A stretch of 62,397 bases of DNA from Azolla caroliniana. Lineage: Eukaryota > Plantae > Polypodiophyta. The notes below the pieces were generated by a model, which was not told where the DNA came from, did no database searches, and was given only the letters and a program-made list of their open reading frames with translations. How positions within the stretch are numbered: the first letter of the stretch is position 1; each line of letters opens with the position of its first letter. This document shows positions 12,001-27,000 of this stretch, piece by piece. The DNA lies in contig JBHGNT010000165.1 of the NCBI GenBank assembly GCA_043228905.1, positions 1 through 62,397 on the forward strand. The letters run 5' to 3'. Position numbers and translations under genes: made by a program.

Positions 12001-15000
12001 TCGTTTCGCATGTTTGAACACAAAAATCCGATATCACACGAGCCAGGTATGAACATTTTAATTTACTCAAGGGCTTCTCTCAACTCACTCCTCAAATTTG
12101 GTAATCTCATCATGTCTCTCGACCTGAGTTTCAAAATCTTGATTTTTTAATTCCATATCATAGCTAGCATTGTTAGCTTCGATTCGCATGTTTGAACACA
12201 AAAATCCGATCTCACACGAGCCAGGTATGAACATTTTAATTTACTCAAGGGCTTCTCTCAACTCACTCCTCAAATTTGGTAATCTCATCATGTCTCTCGA
12301 CCTGAGTTTCAAAATCTTGATTTTTTAATTCCATATCATAGCTAGCGTTGTTAGCTTCGATTCGCATGTTTGAACACAAAAATCTGATATCACACGAGCC
12401 AGGTATGAACATTTTAATTTACTCAAGGGCTTCTCTCAACTCACTCCTCAAATTTGGTAATCTCATCATGTCTCTCGACCTGAGTTTCAAAATCTTGATT
12501 TTTTTATTCCATATCATAGCTAGCACTGTTAGCTTCGATTCGCATGTTTGAACACAAAAATCCGATCTCACACGAGCCAGGTATGAACATTTTAATTTAC
12601 TCAAGGGCTTCTCTCAACTCACTCCTCAAATTTGGTAATCTCATCATGGCTCTCGACCTGAGTTTCAAAATCTTGATTTTTTAATTCCATATCATAGCTA
12701 GCGTTGTTAGCTTCGATTTGCATGTTTGAACACAAAAATCCGATATCACACGAGCCAGGTATGAACATTTTAATTTACTCAAGGGCTTCTCTCAACTCAC
12801 TCCTCAAATTTGGTAATCTCATCATGTCTCTCGACCTGAGTTTCAAAATCTTGATTTTCTAATTCCATATCATAGCTAGCGTTGTTAGCTTCGATTCGCA
12901 TGTTTGAACACAAAAATCCGATATCACACGAGCCAGGTATGAACATTTTAATTTAACTCATAGCTCTTCTTAACTCACTCCTCAAATTTGGTATTTTCGT
13001 CATGTCTCTCGACCTGAGTTTCAAAATCTTGATTTTCTAATTCCATATCATAGCTAGTGTTGTTAGCTTCGATTCGCATGTTTGAACACAAAAATCCGAT
13101 ATCACACGAGCCAGGTATGAACATTTTGATTTACCTCATTGCTCTTCTCAACTCACTCCTCAAATTTGGTAATTTCGTCATGGCTCTCTACCTGAGTTTC
13201 AAAATCTTGATTTTTTAATTCCATATCATAGCTAGCGTTGTTAGCTTCGATTCGCATGTTTGAACACAAAAATCCGATATCACACGAGCTAGGTATGAAC
13301 ATTTTAATTTACTCAAGGGCTTCTCTCAACTCACTCCTCAAATTTGGTAATCTCATCATGTCTCTCGACCTCAGTTTCAAAATCTTGATTTTCTAATTCC
13401 ATATCATAGCTAGCGTTGTTAGCTTCGATTCACATGTTTGAACACAAAAATCCGATATCACACGAGCCAGGTATGAACATTTTAATTTACTCAAGGGCTT
13501 CTCTCAACTCACTCCTCAAATTTGGTAATCTCATCATGTCTCTCGACCTGAGTTTCAAAATCTTGATTTTTTAATTCCATATCATAGCTAGCGTTGTTAG
13601 CTTCGATTCGCATGTTTGAACACAAAAATCCGATATCACACGAGCCAGGTATGAACATTTTAATTTAACTCATAGCTCTTCTTAACTCACTCCTCAAATT
13701 TGGTATTTTCGTCATGTCTCTCGACCTGAGTTTCAAAATCTTGATTTTCTAATTCCATATCATAGCTAGCGTTGTTAGCTTCGATCCGCATGTTTGAACA
13801 CAAAAATCCGATATCACACGAGCCAGGTATGAACATTTTAATTTACTCAAGGGCTTCTCTCAACTCACTCCTCAAATTTGGTAATCTCATCATGTCTCTC
13901 GAGCTGAGTTTCAAAATCTTGATTTTTGAATTCCATATCATAGCTAGCGTAGTTAGCTTCGATTCGCATGTTTGAACACAAAAATCCGATATCACACGAG
14001 CCAGGTATGAACATTTTAATTTACTCAAGGGCTTCTCTCAACTCACTCCTCAAATTTGGTAATCTCATCATGTCTCTCGACGTGAGTTTCAAAATCTTGA
14101 TTTTCTAATTCCATATCATAGCTAGCGTTGTTAGCTTCGATTCGCATGTTTGAACACAAAAATCCGATATCACACGAGCCAGGTATGAACATTTTAATTT
14201 ACTCAAGGGCTTCTCTCAACTCACTCCTCAAATTTGGTAATCTCATCATGTCTCTCGACCTGAGTTTCAAAATCTTGATTTTCTAATTCCATATCATAGC
14301 TAGCGTTGTTAGCTTCGATCCGCATGTTTGAACACAAAAATCCGATATCACACGAGCCAGGTATGAACATTTTAATTTACTCAAGGGCTTCTCTCAACTC
14401 ACTCCTCAAATTTGGTAATCTCATCATGTCTCTTGAGCTGAGTTTCAAAATCTTGATTTTTGAATTCCATATCATAGCTAGCGTAGTTAGCTTCGATTCG
14501 CATGTTTGAACACAAAAATCCGATATCACACGAGCCAGGTATGAACATTTTAATTTACTCAAGGGCTTCTCTCAACTCACTCCTCAAATTTGGTAATCTC
14601 ATCATGTCTCTCGACCTGGGTTTCAAAATCTTGATTTTCTAATTCCATATCATAGCTAGTGTTGTTAGCTTCGATTCGCATGTTTGAACACAAAAATCCG
14701 ATATGACACGAGCCAGGTATGAACATTTTAATTTACTCAAGGGCTTCTCTCAACTCACTCCTCAAATTTGGTAATCTCATCATGTCTCTCGACCTGAGTT
14801 TCAAAATCTTGATTTTTTAATTCCATATCATAGCTAGCGTTGTTAGCTTCGATTCGCATGTTTGAACACAAAAATCCGATATCACACGAGCCAGGTATGA
14901 ACATTTTGATTTACCTCATAGCTCTTCTCAACTCACTCCTCAAATTTGGTAATTTCGTCATGGCTCTCGACCTGAGTTTCAAAATCTTGATTTTTTAATT

Positions 15001-18000
15001 CCATATCATAGCTAGCGTTGTTAGCTTCGATTCGCATGTTTGAACACAAAAATCCGATATCACACGAGCCAGGTATGAACATTTTAATTTACTCAAGGGC
15101 TTCTCTCAACTCACTCCTCAAATTTGGTAATCTCATCATGTCTCTCGACCTGAGTTTCAAAATCTTGATTTTTTAATTCCATATCATAGCTAGCGTTGTT
15201 AGCTTCGATTCGCATGTTTGAACACAAAAATCCGATATCACACGAGCTAGGTATGAACATTTTAATTTACTCAAGGGCTTCTCTCAACTCACTCCTCAAA
15301 TTTGGTAATCTCATCATGTCTCTCGACATGAGTTTCAAAATCTTGATTTTCTAATTCTATATCATAGCTAGCGTTGTTAGCTTCGATTCACATGTTTGAA
15401 CACAAAAATCCGATATCACACGAGCCAGGTATGAACATTTTAATTTACTCAAGGGCTTCTCTCAACTCACTCCTCAAATTTGGTAATTTCGTCATGTCTA
15501 GCGACCTGAGTTTCAAAATCTTGATTTTTTAATTCCATATCATAGCTAGCGTTGTTAGCTTCGATTCGCATGTTTGAACACAAAAATCCGATATCACACG
15601 AGCCAGGTATGAACATTTTAATTTACTCAAGGGCTTCTCTCAACTCACTCCTCAAATTTGGTAATCTCATCATGTCTCTCGACCTGAGTTTCAAAATCTT
15701 GATTTTCTAATTCCATATCATAGCTAGTGTTGTTAGCTTCGATTCGCATGTTTGAACACAAAAATCCGATATGACACGAGCCAGGTATGAACATTTTAAT
15801 TTACTCAAGGGCTTCTCTCAACTCACTCCTCAAATTTGGTAATCTCATCATGTCTCTCGACCTGAGTTTCAAAATCTTGATTTTTTAATTCCATATCATA
15901 GCTAGCGTTGTTAGCTTCGATTCGCATGTTTGAACACAAAAATCCGATATCACACGAGCTAGGTATGAACATTTTAATTTACTCAAGGGCTTCTCTCAAC
16001 TCACTCCTCAAATTTGGTAATCTCATCATGTCTCTCGACCTCAGTTTCAAAATCTTGATTTTCTAATTCCATATCATAGCTAGCGTTGTTAGCTTCGATT
16101 CGCATGTTTGAACACAAAAATCCGATATCACACGAGCCAGGTATGAACATTTTAATTTACTCAAGGGCTTCTCTCAACTCACTCCTCAAATTTGGTAATC
16201 TCATCATGTCTCTCGACCTGAGTTTCAAAATCTTGATTTTTTAATTCCATATCATAGCTAGCGTTGTTAGCTTCGATTCGCATGTTTGAACACAAAAATC
16301 CGATATCACACGAGCTAGGTATGAACATTTTAATTTACTCAAGGGCTTCTCTCAACTCACTCCTCAAATTTGGTAATCTCATCATGTCTCTCGACCTCAG
16401 TTTCAAAATCTTGATTTTCTAATTCCATATCATAGCTAGCGTTGTTAGCTTCGATTCGCATGTTTGAACACAAAAATCCGATATCACACGAGCTAGGTAT
16501 GAACATTTTAATTTACTCAAGGGCTTCTCTCAACTCACTCCTCAAATTTGGTAATCTCATCATGTCTCTCGACCTGAGTTTCAAAATCTTGATTTTTTTT
16601 TCCATATCATAGCTAGCACTGTTAGCTTCGATTCGCATGTTTGAACACAAAAATCCGATCTCACACGAGCCAGGTATGAACATTTTAATTTACTCAAGGG
16701 CTTCTCTCAACTCACTCCTCAAATTTGGTAATCTCATCATGGCTCTCGACCTGAGTTTCAAAATCTTGATTTTTTAATTCCATATCATAGCTAGCGTTGT
16801 TAGCTTCGATTTGCATGTTTGAACACAAAAATCCGATATCACACGAGCCAGGTATGAACATTTTAATTTACTCAAGGGCTTCTCTCAACTCACTCCTCAA
16901 ATTTGGTAATCTCATCATGTCTCTCGACCTGAGTTTCAAAATCTTGATTTTCTAATTCCATATCATAGCTAGCGTTGTTAGCTTCGATTCGCATGTTTGA
17001 ACACAAAAATCCGATATCACACGAGCCAGGTATGAACATTTTAATTTAACTCATAGCTCTTCTTAACTCACTCCTCAAATTTGGTATTTTCGTCATGTCT
17101 CTCGACCTGAGTTTCAAAATCTTGATTTTCTAATTCCATATCATAGCTAGTGTTGTTAGCTTCGATTCGCATGTTTGAACACAAAAATCCGATATCACAC
17201 GAGCCAGGTATGAACATTTTGATTTACCTCATAGCTCTTCTCAACTCACTCCTCAAATTTGGTAATTTCGTCATGGCTCTCGACCTGAGTTTCAAAATCT
17301 TGATTTTTTAATTCCATATCATAGCTAGCGTTGTTAGCTTCGATTCGCATGTTTGAACACAAAAATCCGATATCACACGAGCTAGGTATGAACATTTTAA
17401 TTTACTCAAGGGCTTCTCTCAACTCACTCCTCAAATTTGGTAATCTCATCATGTCTCTCGACCTCAGTTTCAAAATCTTGATTTTCTAATTCCATATCAT
17501 AGCTAGCGTTGTTAGCTTCGATTCACATGTTTGAACACAAAAATCCGATATCACACGAGCCAGGTATGAACATTTTAATTTACTGAAGGGCTTCTCTCAA
17601 CTCACTCCTCAAATTTGGTAATCTCATCATGTCTCTCGACCTGAGTTTCAAAATCTTGATTTTTTAATTCCATATCATAGCTAGCGTTGTTAGCTTCGAT
17701 TCGCATGTTTGAACACAAAAATCCGATATCACACGAGCCAGGTATGAACATTTTAATTTAACTCATAGCTCTTCTTAACTCACTCCTCAAATTTGGTATT
17801 TTCGTCATGTCTCTCGACCTGAGTTTCAAAATCTTGATTTTCTAATTCCATATCATAGCTAGCGTTGTTAGCTTCGATCCGCATGTTTGAACACAAAAAT
17901 CCGATATCACACGAGCCAGGTATGAACATTTTAATTTACTCAAGGGCTTCTCTCAACTCACTCCTCAAATTTGGTAATCTCATCATGTCTCTCGAGCTGA

Positions 18001-21000
18001 GTTTCAAAATCTTGATTTTTGAATTCCATATCATAGCTAGCGTAGTTAGCTTCGATTCGCATGTTTGAACACAAAAATCCGATATCACACGAGCCAGGTA
18101 TGAACATTTTAATTTACTCAAGGGCTTCTCTCAACTCACTCCTCAAATTTGGTAATTTCGTCATGTCTAGCGACCTGAGTTTCAAAATCTTGATTTTTTA
18201 ATTCCATATCATAGCTAGCGTTGTTAGCTTCGATTCGCATGTTTGAACACAAAAATCCGATATCACACGAGCCAGGTATGAACATTTTAATTTACTCAAG
18301 GGCTTCTCTCAACTCACTCCTCAAATTTGGTAATCTCATCATGTCTCTCGACCTGAGTTTCAAAATCTTGATTTTCTAATTCCATATCATAGCTAGTGTT
18401 GTTAGCTTCGATTCGCATGTTTGAACACAAAAATCCGATATGACACGAGCCAGGTATGAACATTTTAATTTACTCAAGGGCTTCTCTCAACTCACTCCTC
18501 AAATTTGGTAATCTCATCATGTCTCTCGACCTGAGTTTCAAAATCTTGATTTTTTAATTCCATATCATAGCTAGCGTTGTTAGCTTCGATTCGCATGTTT
18601 GAACACAAAAATCCGATATCACACGAGCTAGGTATGAACATTTTAATTTACTCAAGGGCTTCTCTCAACTCACTCCTCAAATTTGGTAATCTCATCATGT
18701 CTCTCGACCTCAGTTTCAAAATCTTGATTTTCTAATTCCATATCATAGCTAGCGTTGTTAGCTTCGATTCGCATGTTTGAACACAAAAATCCGATATCAC
18801 ACGAGCCAGGTATGAACATTTTAATTTACTCAAGGGCTTCTCTCAACTCACTCCTCAAATTTGGTAATCTCATCATGTCTCTCGACCTGAGTTTCAAAAT
18901 CTTGATTTTTTAATTCCATATCATAGCTAGCGTTGTTAGCTTCGATTCGCATGTTTGAACACAAAAATCCGATATCACACGAGCTAGGTATGAACATTTT
19001 AATTTACTCAAGGGCTTCTCTCAACTCACTCCTCAAATTTGGTAATCTCATCATGTCTCTCGACCTCAGTTTCAAAATCTTGATTTTCTAATTCCATATC
19101 ATAGCTAGCGTTGTTAGCTTCGATTCGCATGTTTGAACACAAAAATCCGATATCACACGAGCTAGGTATGAACATTTTAATTTACTCAAGGGCTTCTCTC
19201 AACTCACTCCTCAAATTTGGTAATCTCATCATGTCTCTCGACCTCAGTTTCAAAATCTTGATTTTCTAATTCCATATCATAGCTAGCGTTGTTAGCTTCG
19301 ATTCGCATGTTTGAACACAAAAATCCGATATCACACGAGCTAGGTATGAACATTTTAATTACCTCAAATTTGGTAATCTCATCATGTCTCTCGACATGAG
19401 TTTCAAAATCTTGATTTTTTAACTCCATATCATAGCTAGCATTGTTAGCTTTGATTCGCATGTTTGAACACAAAAATCCGATATCACACGAGCCAGGTAT
19501 GAACATTTTGATTTACCTCATAGCTCTTCTCAACTCACTCCTCAAATTTGGTAATTTCGTCATGGCTCTCGACCTGAGTTTCAAAATGTTCATTTTTTAA
19601 TTCCATATCATAGCTAGCGTTGTTAGCTTCGTTTCGCATGTTTGAACACAAAAATCCGATATCACACGAGCCAGGTATGAACATTTTAATTTACTCAAGG
19701 GCTTCTCTCAACTCACTCCTCAAATTTGGTAATCTCATCATGTCTCTCGACCTGAGTTTCAAAATCTTGATTTTTTAATTCCATATCATAGCTAGCGTTG
19801 TAAGCTTCGTTTCGCATGTTTGAACACAAAAATCCGATATCACACGAGCCAGGTATGAACATTTTAATTTACTCAAGGGCTTCTCTCAACTCACTCCTCA
19901 AATTTGGTAATCTCATCATGTCTCTCGACCTGAGTTTCAAAATCTTGATTTTTTAATTCCATATCATAGCTAGCATTGTTAGCTTCGATTCGCATGTTTG
20001 AACACAAAAATCCGATCTCACACGAGCCAGGTATGAACATTTTAATTTACTCAAGGGCTTCTCTCAACTCACTCCTCAAATTTGGTAATCTCATCATGTC
20101 TCTCGACCTGAGTTTCAAAATCTTGATTTTTTAATTCCATATCATAGCTAGCATTGTTAGCTTCGATTCGCATGTTTGAACACAAAAATCCGATATCACA
20201 CGAGCCAGGTATGAACATTTTAATTTAACTCATAGCTCTTCTTAACTCACTCCTCAAATTTGGTATTTTCGTCATGTCTCTCGACCTGAGTTTCAAAATC
20301 TTGTTTTTCTAATTCCATATCATAGCTAGCGTTGTTAGCTTCGATTCGCATGTTTGAACACAAAAATCCGATATCACACGAGCCAGGTATGAACATTTTA
20401 ATTTACTCAAGGAATTCTCTCAACTCACTCCTCAAATTTGGTAATCTCATCATGTCTCTCGACCTGAGTTTTAAAATCTTGATTTTTTTATTCCATATCA
20501 TAGCTAGCACTGTTAGCTTCGATTCGCATGTTTGAACACAAAAATCCGATCTCACACGAGCCAGGTATGAACATTTTAATTTACTCAAGGGCTTCTCTCA
20601 ACTCACTCCTTAAATTTGGTAATCTCATCATGGCTCTCGACCTGAGTTTCAAAATCTTGATTTTTTAATTCCATATCATAGCTAGCGTTGTTAGCTTCGA
20701 TTCGCATGTTTGAACACAAAAATCCGATATCACACGAGCCAGGTATGAACATTTTAATTTACTCAAGGGCTTCTCTCAACTCACTCCTCAAATTTGGTAA
20801 TCTCATCATGTCTCTCGACCTGAGTTTCAAAATCTTGATTTTTTAATTCCATATCATAGCTAGCGTTGTTAGCTTCGATTCGCATGTTTGAACACAAAAA
20901 TCCGATATCACACGAGCCAGGTATGAACATTTTAATTTAACTCATAGCTCTTCTTAACTCACTCCTCAAATTTGGTATTTTCGTCATGTCTCTCGACCTG

Positions 21001-24000
21001 AGTTTCAAAATCTTGATTTTCTAATTCCATATCATAGCTAGCGTTGTTAGCTTCGATTCGCATGTTTGAACACAAAAATCCGATATCACACGAGCCACGT
21101 ATGAACATTTTAATTCTCTCAAGGGCTTCTCTCAACTCACTCCTCAAATTTGGTAATTTCGTCATGTCTCGCGACCTGAGTTTCAAAATCTTGATTTTCT
21201 AATTCCATATCATAGCTAGTGTTGTTAGCTTCGATTCGCATGTTTGAACACAAAAATCCGATATCACACGAGCCAGGTATGAACATTTTGATTTACCTCA
21301 TAGCTCTTCTCAACTCACTCCTCAAATTTGGTAATTTCGTCATGGCTCTCGACCTGAGTTTCAAAATCTTGATTTTTTAATTCCATATCATAGCTAGCGT
21401 TGTTAGCTTCGATTCGCATGTTTGAACACAAAAATCCGATATCACACGAGCCAGGTATGAACATTTTAATTTAACTCATAGCTCTTCTTAACTCACTCCT
21501 CAAATTTGGTATTTTCGTCATGTCTCTCGACCTGAGTTTCAAAATCTTGATTTTCTAATTCTATATCATAGCTAGTGTTGTTAGCTTCGATTCGCATGTT
21601 TGAACACAAAAATCCGATATCACACGAGCCAGGTATGAACATTTTAATTTACTCAAGGGCTTCTCTCAACTCACTCCTCAAATTTGGTAATTTCGTCATG
21701 TCTTGCGACCTGAGTTTCAAAATCTTGATTTTCTAATTCCATATCATAGCTAGTGTTGTTAGCTTCGATTCGCATGTTTGAACACAAAAATCCGATATCA
21801 CACGAGCCAGGTATGAACATTTTGATTTACCTCATAGCTCTTCTCAACTCACTCCTCAAATTTGGTAATTTCGTCATGGCTCTCGACCTGAGTTTCAAAA
21901 TCTTGATTTTTTAATTCCATATCATAGCTAGCGTTGTTAGCTTCGATTCGCATGTTTGAACACAAAAATCCGATATCACACGAGCTAGGTATGAACATTT
22001 TAATTTACTCAAGGGCTTCTCTCAACTCACTCCTCAAATTTGGTAATCTCATCATGTCTCTCGACCTCAGTTTCAAAATCTTGATTTTCTAATTCCATAT
22101 CATAGCTAGCGTTGTTAGCTTCGATTCACATGTTTGAACACAAAAATCCGATATCACACGAGCCAGGTATGAACATTTTAATTTACTCAAATTTGGTAAT
22201 CTCATCATGTCTCTCAACATGAGTTTCAAAATCTTGATTTTTTAACTCCATATCATAGCTAGCATTGTTAGCTTTGATTCGCATGTTTCAACACAAAAAT
22301 CCGATATCACACGAGCCAGGTATGAACATTTTGATTTACCTCATAGCTCTTCTCAACTCACTCCTCAAATTTGGTAATTTCGTCATGGCTCTCGACCTGA
22401 GTTTCAAAATGTTCATTTTTTAATTCCATATCATAGCTAGCGTTGTTAGCTTCGTTTCGCATGTTTGAACACAAAAATCCGATATCACACGAGCCAGGTA
22501 TGAACATTTTAATTTACTCAAGGGCTTCTCTCAACTCACTCCTCAAATTTGGTAATCTCATCATGTCTCTCGACCTGAGTTTCAAAATCTTGATTTTTTA
22601 ATTCCATATCATAGCTAGCATTGTTAGCTTCGATTCGCATGTTTGAACACAAAAATCCGATCTCACACGAGCCAGGTATGAACATTTTAATTTACTCAAG
22701 GGCTTCTCTCAACTCACTCCTCAAATTTGGTAATCTCATCATGTCTCTCGACCTGAGTTTCAAAATCTTGATTTTTTAATTCCATATCATAGCTAGCGTT
22801 GTTAGCTTCGATTCGCATGTTTGAACACAAAAATCTGATATCACACGAGCCAGGTATGAACATTTTAATTTACTCAAGGGCTTCTCTCAACTCACTCCTC
22901 AAATTTGGTAATCTCATCATGTCTCTCGACCTGAGTTTCAAAATCTTGATTTTTTTATTCCATATCATAGCTAGCACTGTTAGCTTCGATTCGCATGTTT
23001 GAACACAAAAATCCGATCTCACACGAGCCAGGTATGAACATTTTAATTTACTCAAGGGCTTCTCTCAACTCACTCCTCAAATTTGGTAATCTCATCATGG
23101 CTCTCGACCTGAGTTTCAAAATCTTGATTTTTTAATTCCATATCATAGCTAGCGTTGTTAGCTTCGATTTGCATGTTTGAACACAAAAATCCGATATCAC
23201 ACGAGCCAGGTATGAACATTTTAATTTACTCAAGGGCTTCTCTCAACTCACTCCTCAAATTTGGTAATCTCATCATGTCTCTCGACCTGAGTTTCAAAAT
23301 CTTGATTTTCTAATTCCATATCATAGCTAGCGTTGTTAGCTTCGATTCGCATGTTTGAACACAAAAATCCGATATCACACGAGCCAGGTATGAACATTTT
23401 AATTTAACTCATAGCTCTTCTTAACTCACTCCTCAAATTTGGTATTTTCGTCATGTCTCTCGACCTGAGTTTCAAAATCTTGATTTTCTAATTCCATATC
23501 ATAGCTAGTGTTGTTAGCTTCGATTCGCATGTTTGAACACAAAAATCCGATATCACACGAGCCAGGTATGAACATTTTGATTTACCTCATTGCTCTTCTC
23601 AACTCACTCCTCAAATTTGGTAATTTCGTCATGGCTCTCTACCTGAGTTTCAAAATCTTGATTTTTTAATTCCATATCATAGCTAGCGTTGTTAGCTTCG
23701 ATTCGCATGTTTGAACACAAAAATCCGATATCACACGAGCTAGGTATGAACATTTTAATTTACTCAAGGGCTTCTCTCAACTCACTCCTCAAATTTGGTA
23801 ATCTCATCATGTCTCTCGACCTCAGTTTCAAAATCTTGATTTTCTAATTCCATATCATAGCTAGCGTTGTTAGCTTCGATTCACATGTTTGAACACAAAA
23901 ATCCGATATCACACGAGCCAGGTATGAACATTTTAATTTACTCAAGGGCTTCTCTCAACTCACTCCTCAAATTTGGTAATCTCATCATGTCTCTCGACCT

Positions 24001-27000
24001 GAGTTTCAAAATCTTGATTTTTTAATTCCATATCATAGCTAGCGTTGTTAGCTTCGATTCGCATGTTTGAACACAAAAATCCGATATCACACGAGCCAGG
24101 TATGAACATTTTAATTTAACTCATAGCTCTTCTTAACTCACTCCTCAAATTTGGTATTTTCGTCATGTCTCTCGACCTGAGTTTCAAAATCTTGATTTTC
24201 TAATTCCATATCATAGCTAGCGTTGTTAGCTTCGATCCGCATGTTTGAACACAAAAATCCGATATCACACGAGCCAGGTATGAACATTTTAATTTACTCA
24301 AGGGCTTCTCTCAACTCACTCCTCAAATTTGGTAATCTCATCATGTCTCTCGAGCTGAGTTTCAAAATCTTGATTTTTGAATTCCATATCATAGCTAGCG
24401 TAGTTAGCTTCGATTCGCATGTTTGAACACAAAAATCCGATATCACACGAGCCAGGTATGAACATTTTAATTTACTCAAGGGCTTCTCTCAACTCACTCC
24501 TCAAATTTGGTAATCTCATCATGTCTCTCGACGTGAGTTTCAAAATCTTGATTTTCTAATTCCATATCATAGCTAGCGTTGTTAGCTTCGATTCGCATGT
24601 TTGAACACAAAAATCCGATATCACACGAGCCAGGTATGAACATTTTAATTTACTCAAGGGCTTCTCTCAACTCACTCCTCAAATTTGGTAATCTCATCAT
24701 GTCTCTCGACCTGAGTTTCAAAATCTTGATTTTCTAATTCCATATCATAGCTAGCGTTGTTAGCTTCGATCCGCATGTTTGAACACAAAAATCCGATATC
24801 ACACGAGCCAGGTATGAACATTTTAATTTACTCAAGGGCTTCTCTCAACTCACTCCTCAAATTTGGTAATCTCATCATGTCTCTTGAGCTGAGTTTCAAA
24901 ATCTTGATTTTTGAATTCCATATCATAGCTAGCGTAGTTAGCTTCGATTCGCATGTTTGAACACAAAAATCCGATATCACACGAGCCAGGTATGAACATT
25001 TTAATTTACTCAAGGGCTTCTCTCAACTCACTCCTCAAATTTGGTAATCTCATCATGTCTCTCGACCTGGGTTTCAAAATCTTGATTTTCTAATTCCATA
25101 TCATAGCTAGTGTTGTTAGCTTCGATTCGCATGTTTGAACACAAAAATCCGATATGACACGAGCCAGGTATGAACATTTTAATTTACTCAAGGGCTTCTC
25201 TCAACTCACTCCTCAAATTTGGTAATCTCATCATGTCTCTCGACCTGAGTTTCAAAATCTTGATTTTTTAATTCCATATCATAGCTAGCGTTGTTAGCTT
25301 CGATTCGCATGTTTGAACACAAAAATCCGATATCACACGAGCCAGGTATGAACATTTTGATTTACCTCATAGCTCTTCTCAACTCACTCCTCAAATTTGG
25401 TAATTTCGTCATGGCTCTCGACCTGAGTTTCAAAATCTTGATTTTTTAATTCCATATCATAGCTAGCGTTGTTAGCTTCGATTCGCATGTTTGAACACAA
25501 AAATCCGATATCACACGAGCCAGGTATGAACATTTTAATTTACTCAAGGGCTTCTCTCAACTCACTCCTCAAATTTGGTAATCTCATCATGTCTCTCGAC
25601 CTGAGTTTCAAAATCTTGATTTTTTAATTCCATATCATAGCTAGCGTTGTTAGCTTCGATTCGCATGTTTGAACACAAAAATCCGATATCACACGAGCTA
25701 GGTATGAACATTTTAATTTACTCAAGGGCTTCTCTCAACTCACTCCTCAAATTTGGTAATCTCATCATGTCTCTCGACATGAGTTTCAAAATCTTGATTT
25801 TCTAATTCTATATCATAGCTAGCGTTGTTAGCTTCGATTCACATGTTTGAACACAAAAATCCGATATCACACGAGCCAGGTATGAACATTTTAATTTACT
25901 CAAGGGCTTCTCTCAACTCACTCCTCAAATTTGGTAATTTCGTCATGTCTAGCGACCTGAGTTTCAAAATCTTGATTTTTTAATTCCATATCATAGCTAG
26001 CGTTGTTAGCTTCGATTCGCATGTTTGAACACAAAAATCCGATATCACACGAGCCAGGTATGAACATTTTAATTTACTCAAGGGCTTCTCTCAACTCACT
26101 CCTCAAATTTGGTAATCTCATCATGTCTCTCGACCTGAGTTTCAAAATCTTGATTTTCTAATTCCATATCATAGCTAGTGTTGTTAGCTTCGATTCGCAT
26201 GTTTGAACACAAAAATCCGATATGACACGAGCCAGGTATGAACATTTTAATTTACTCAAGGGCTTCTCTCAACTCACTCCTCAAATTTGGTAATCTCATC
26301 ATGTCTCTCGACCTGAGTTTCAAAATCTTGATTTTTTAATTCCATATCATAGCTAGCGTTGTTAGCTTCGATTCGCATGTTTGAACACAAAAATCCGATA
26401 TCACACGAGCTAGGTATGAACATTTTAATTTACTCAAGGGCTTCTCTCAACTCACTCCTCAAATTTGGTAATCTCATCATGTCTCTCGACCTCAGTTTCA
26501 AAATCTTGATTTTCTAATTCCATATCATAGCTAGCGTTGTTAGCTTCGATTCGCATGTTTGAACACAAAAATCCGATATCACACGAGCCAGGTATGAACA
26601 TTTTAATTTACTCAAGGGCTTCTCTCAACTCACTCCTCAAATTTGGTAATCTCATCATGTCTCTCGACCTGAGTTTCAAAATCTTGATTTTTTAATTCCA
26701 TATCATAGCTAGCGTTGTTAGCTTCGATTCGCATGTTTGAACACAAAAATCCGATATCACACGAGCTAGGTATGAACATTTTAATTTACTCAAGGGCTTC
26801 TCTCAACTCACTCCTCAAATTTGGTAATCTCATCATGTCTCTCGACCTCAGTTTCAAAATCTTGATTTTCTAATTCCATATCATAGCTAGCGTTGTTAGC
26901 TTCGATTCGCATGTTTGAACACAAAAATCCGATATCACACGAGCTAGGTATGAACATTTTAATTTACTCAAGGGCTTCTCTCAACTCACTCCTCAAATTT

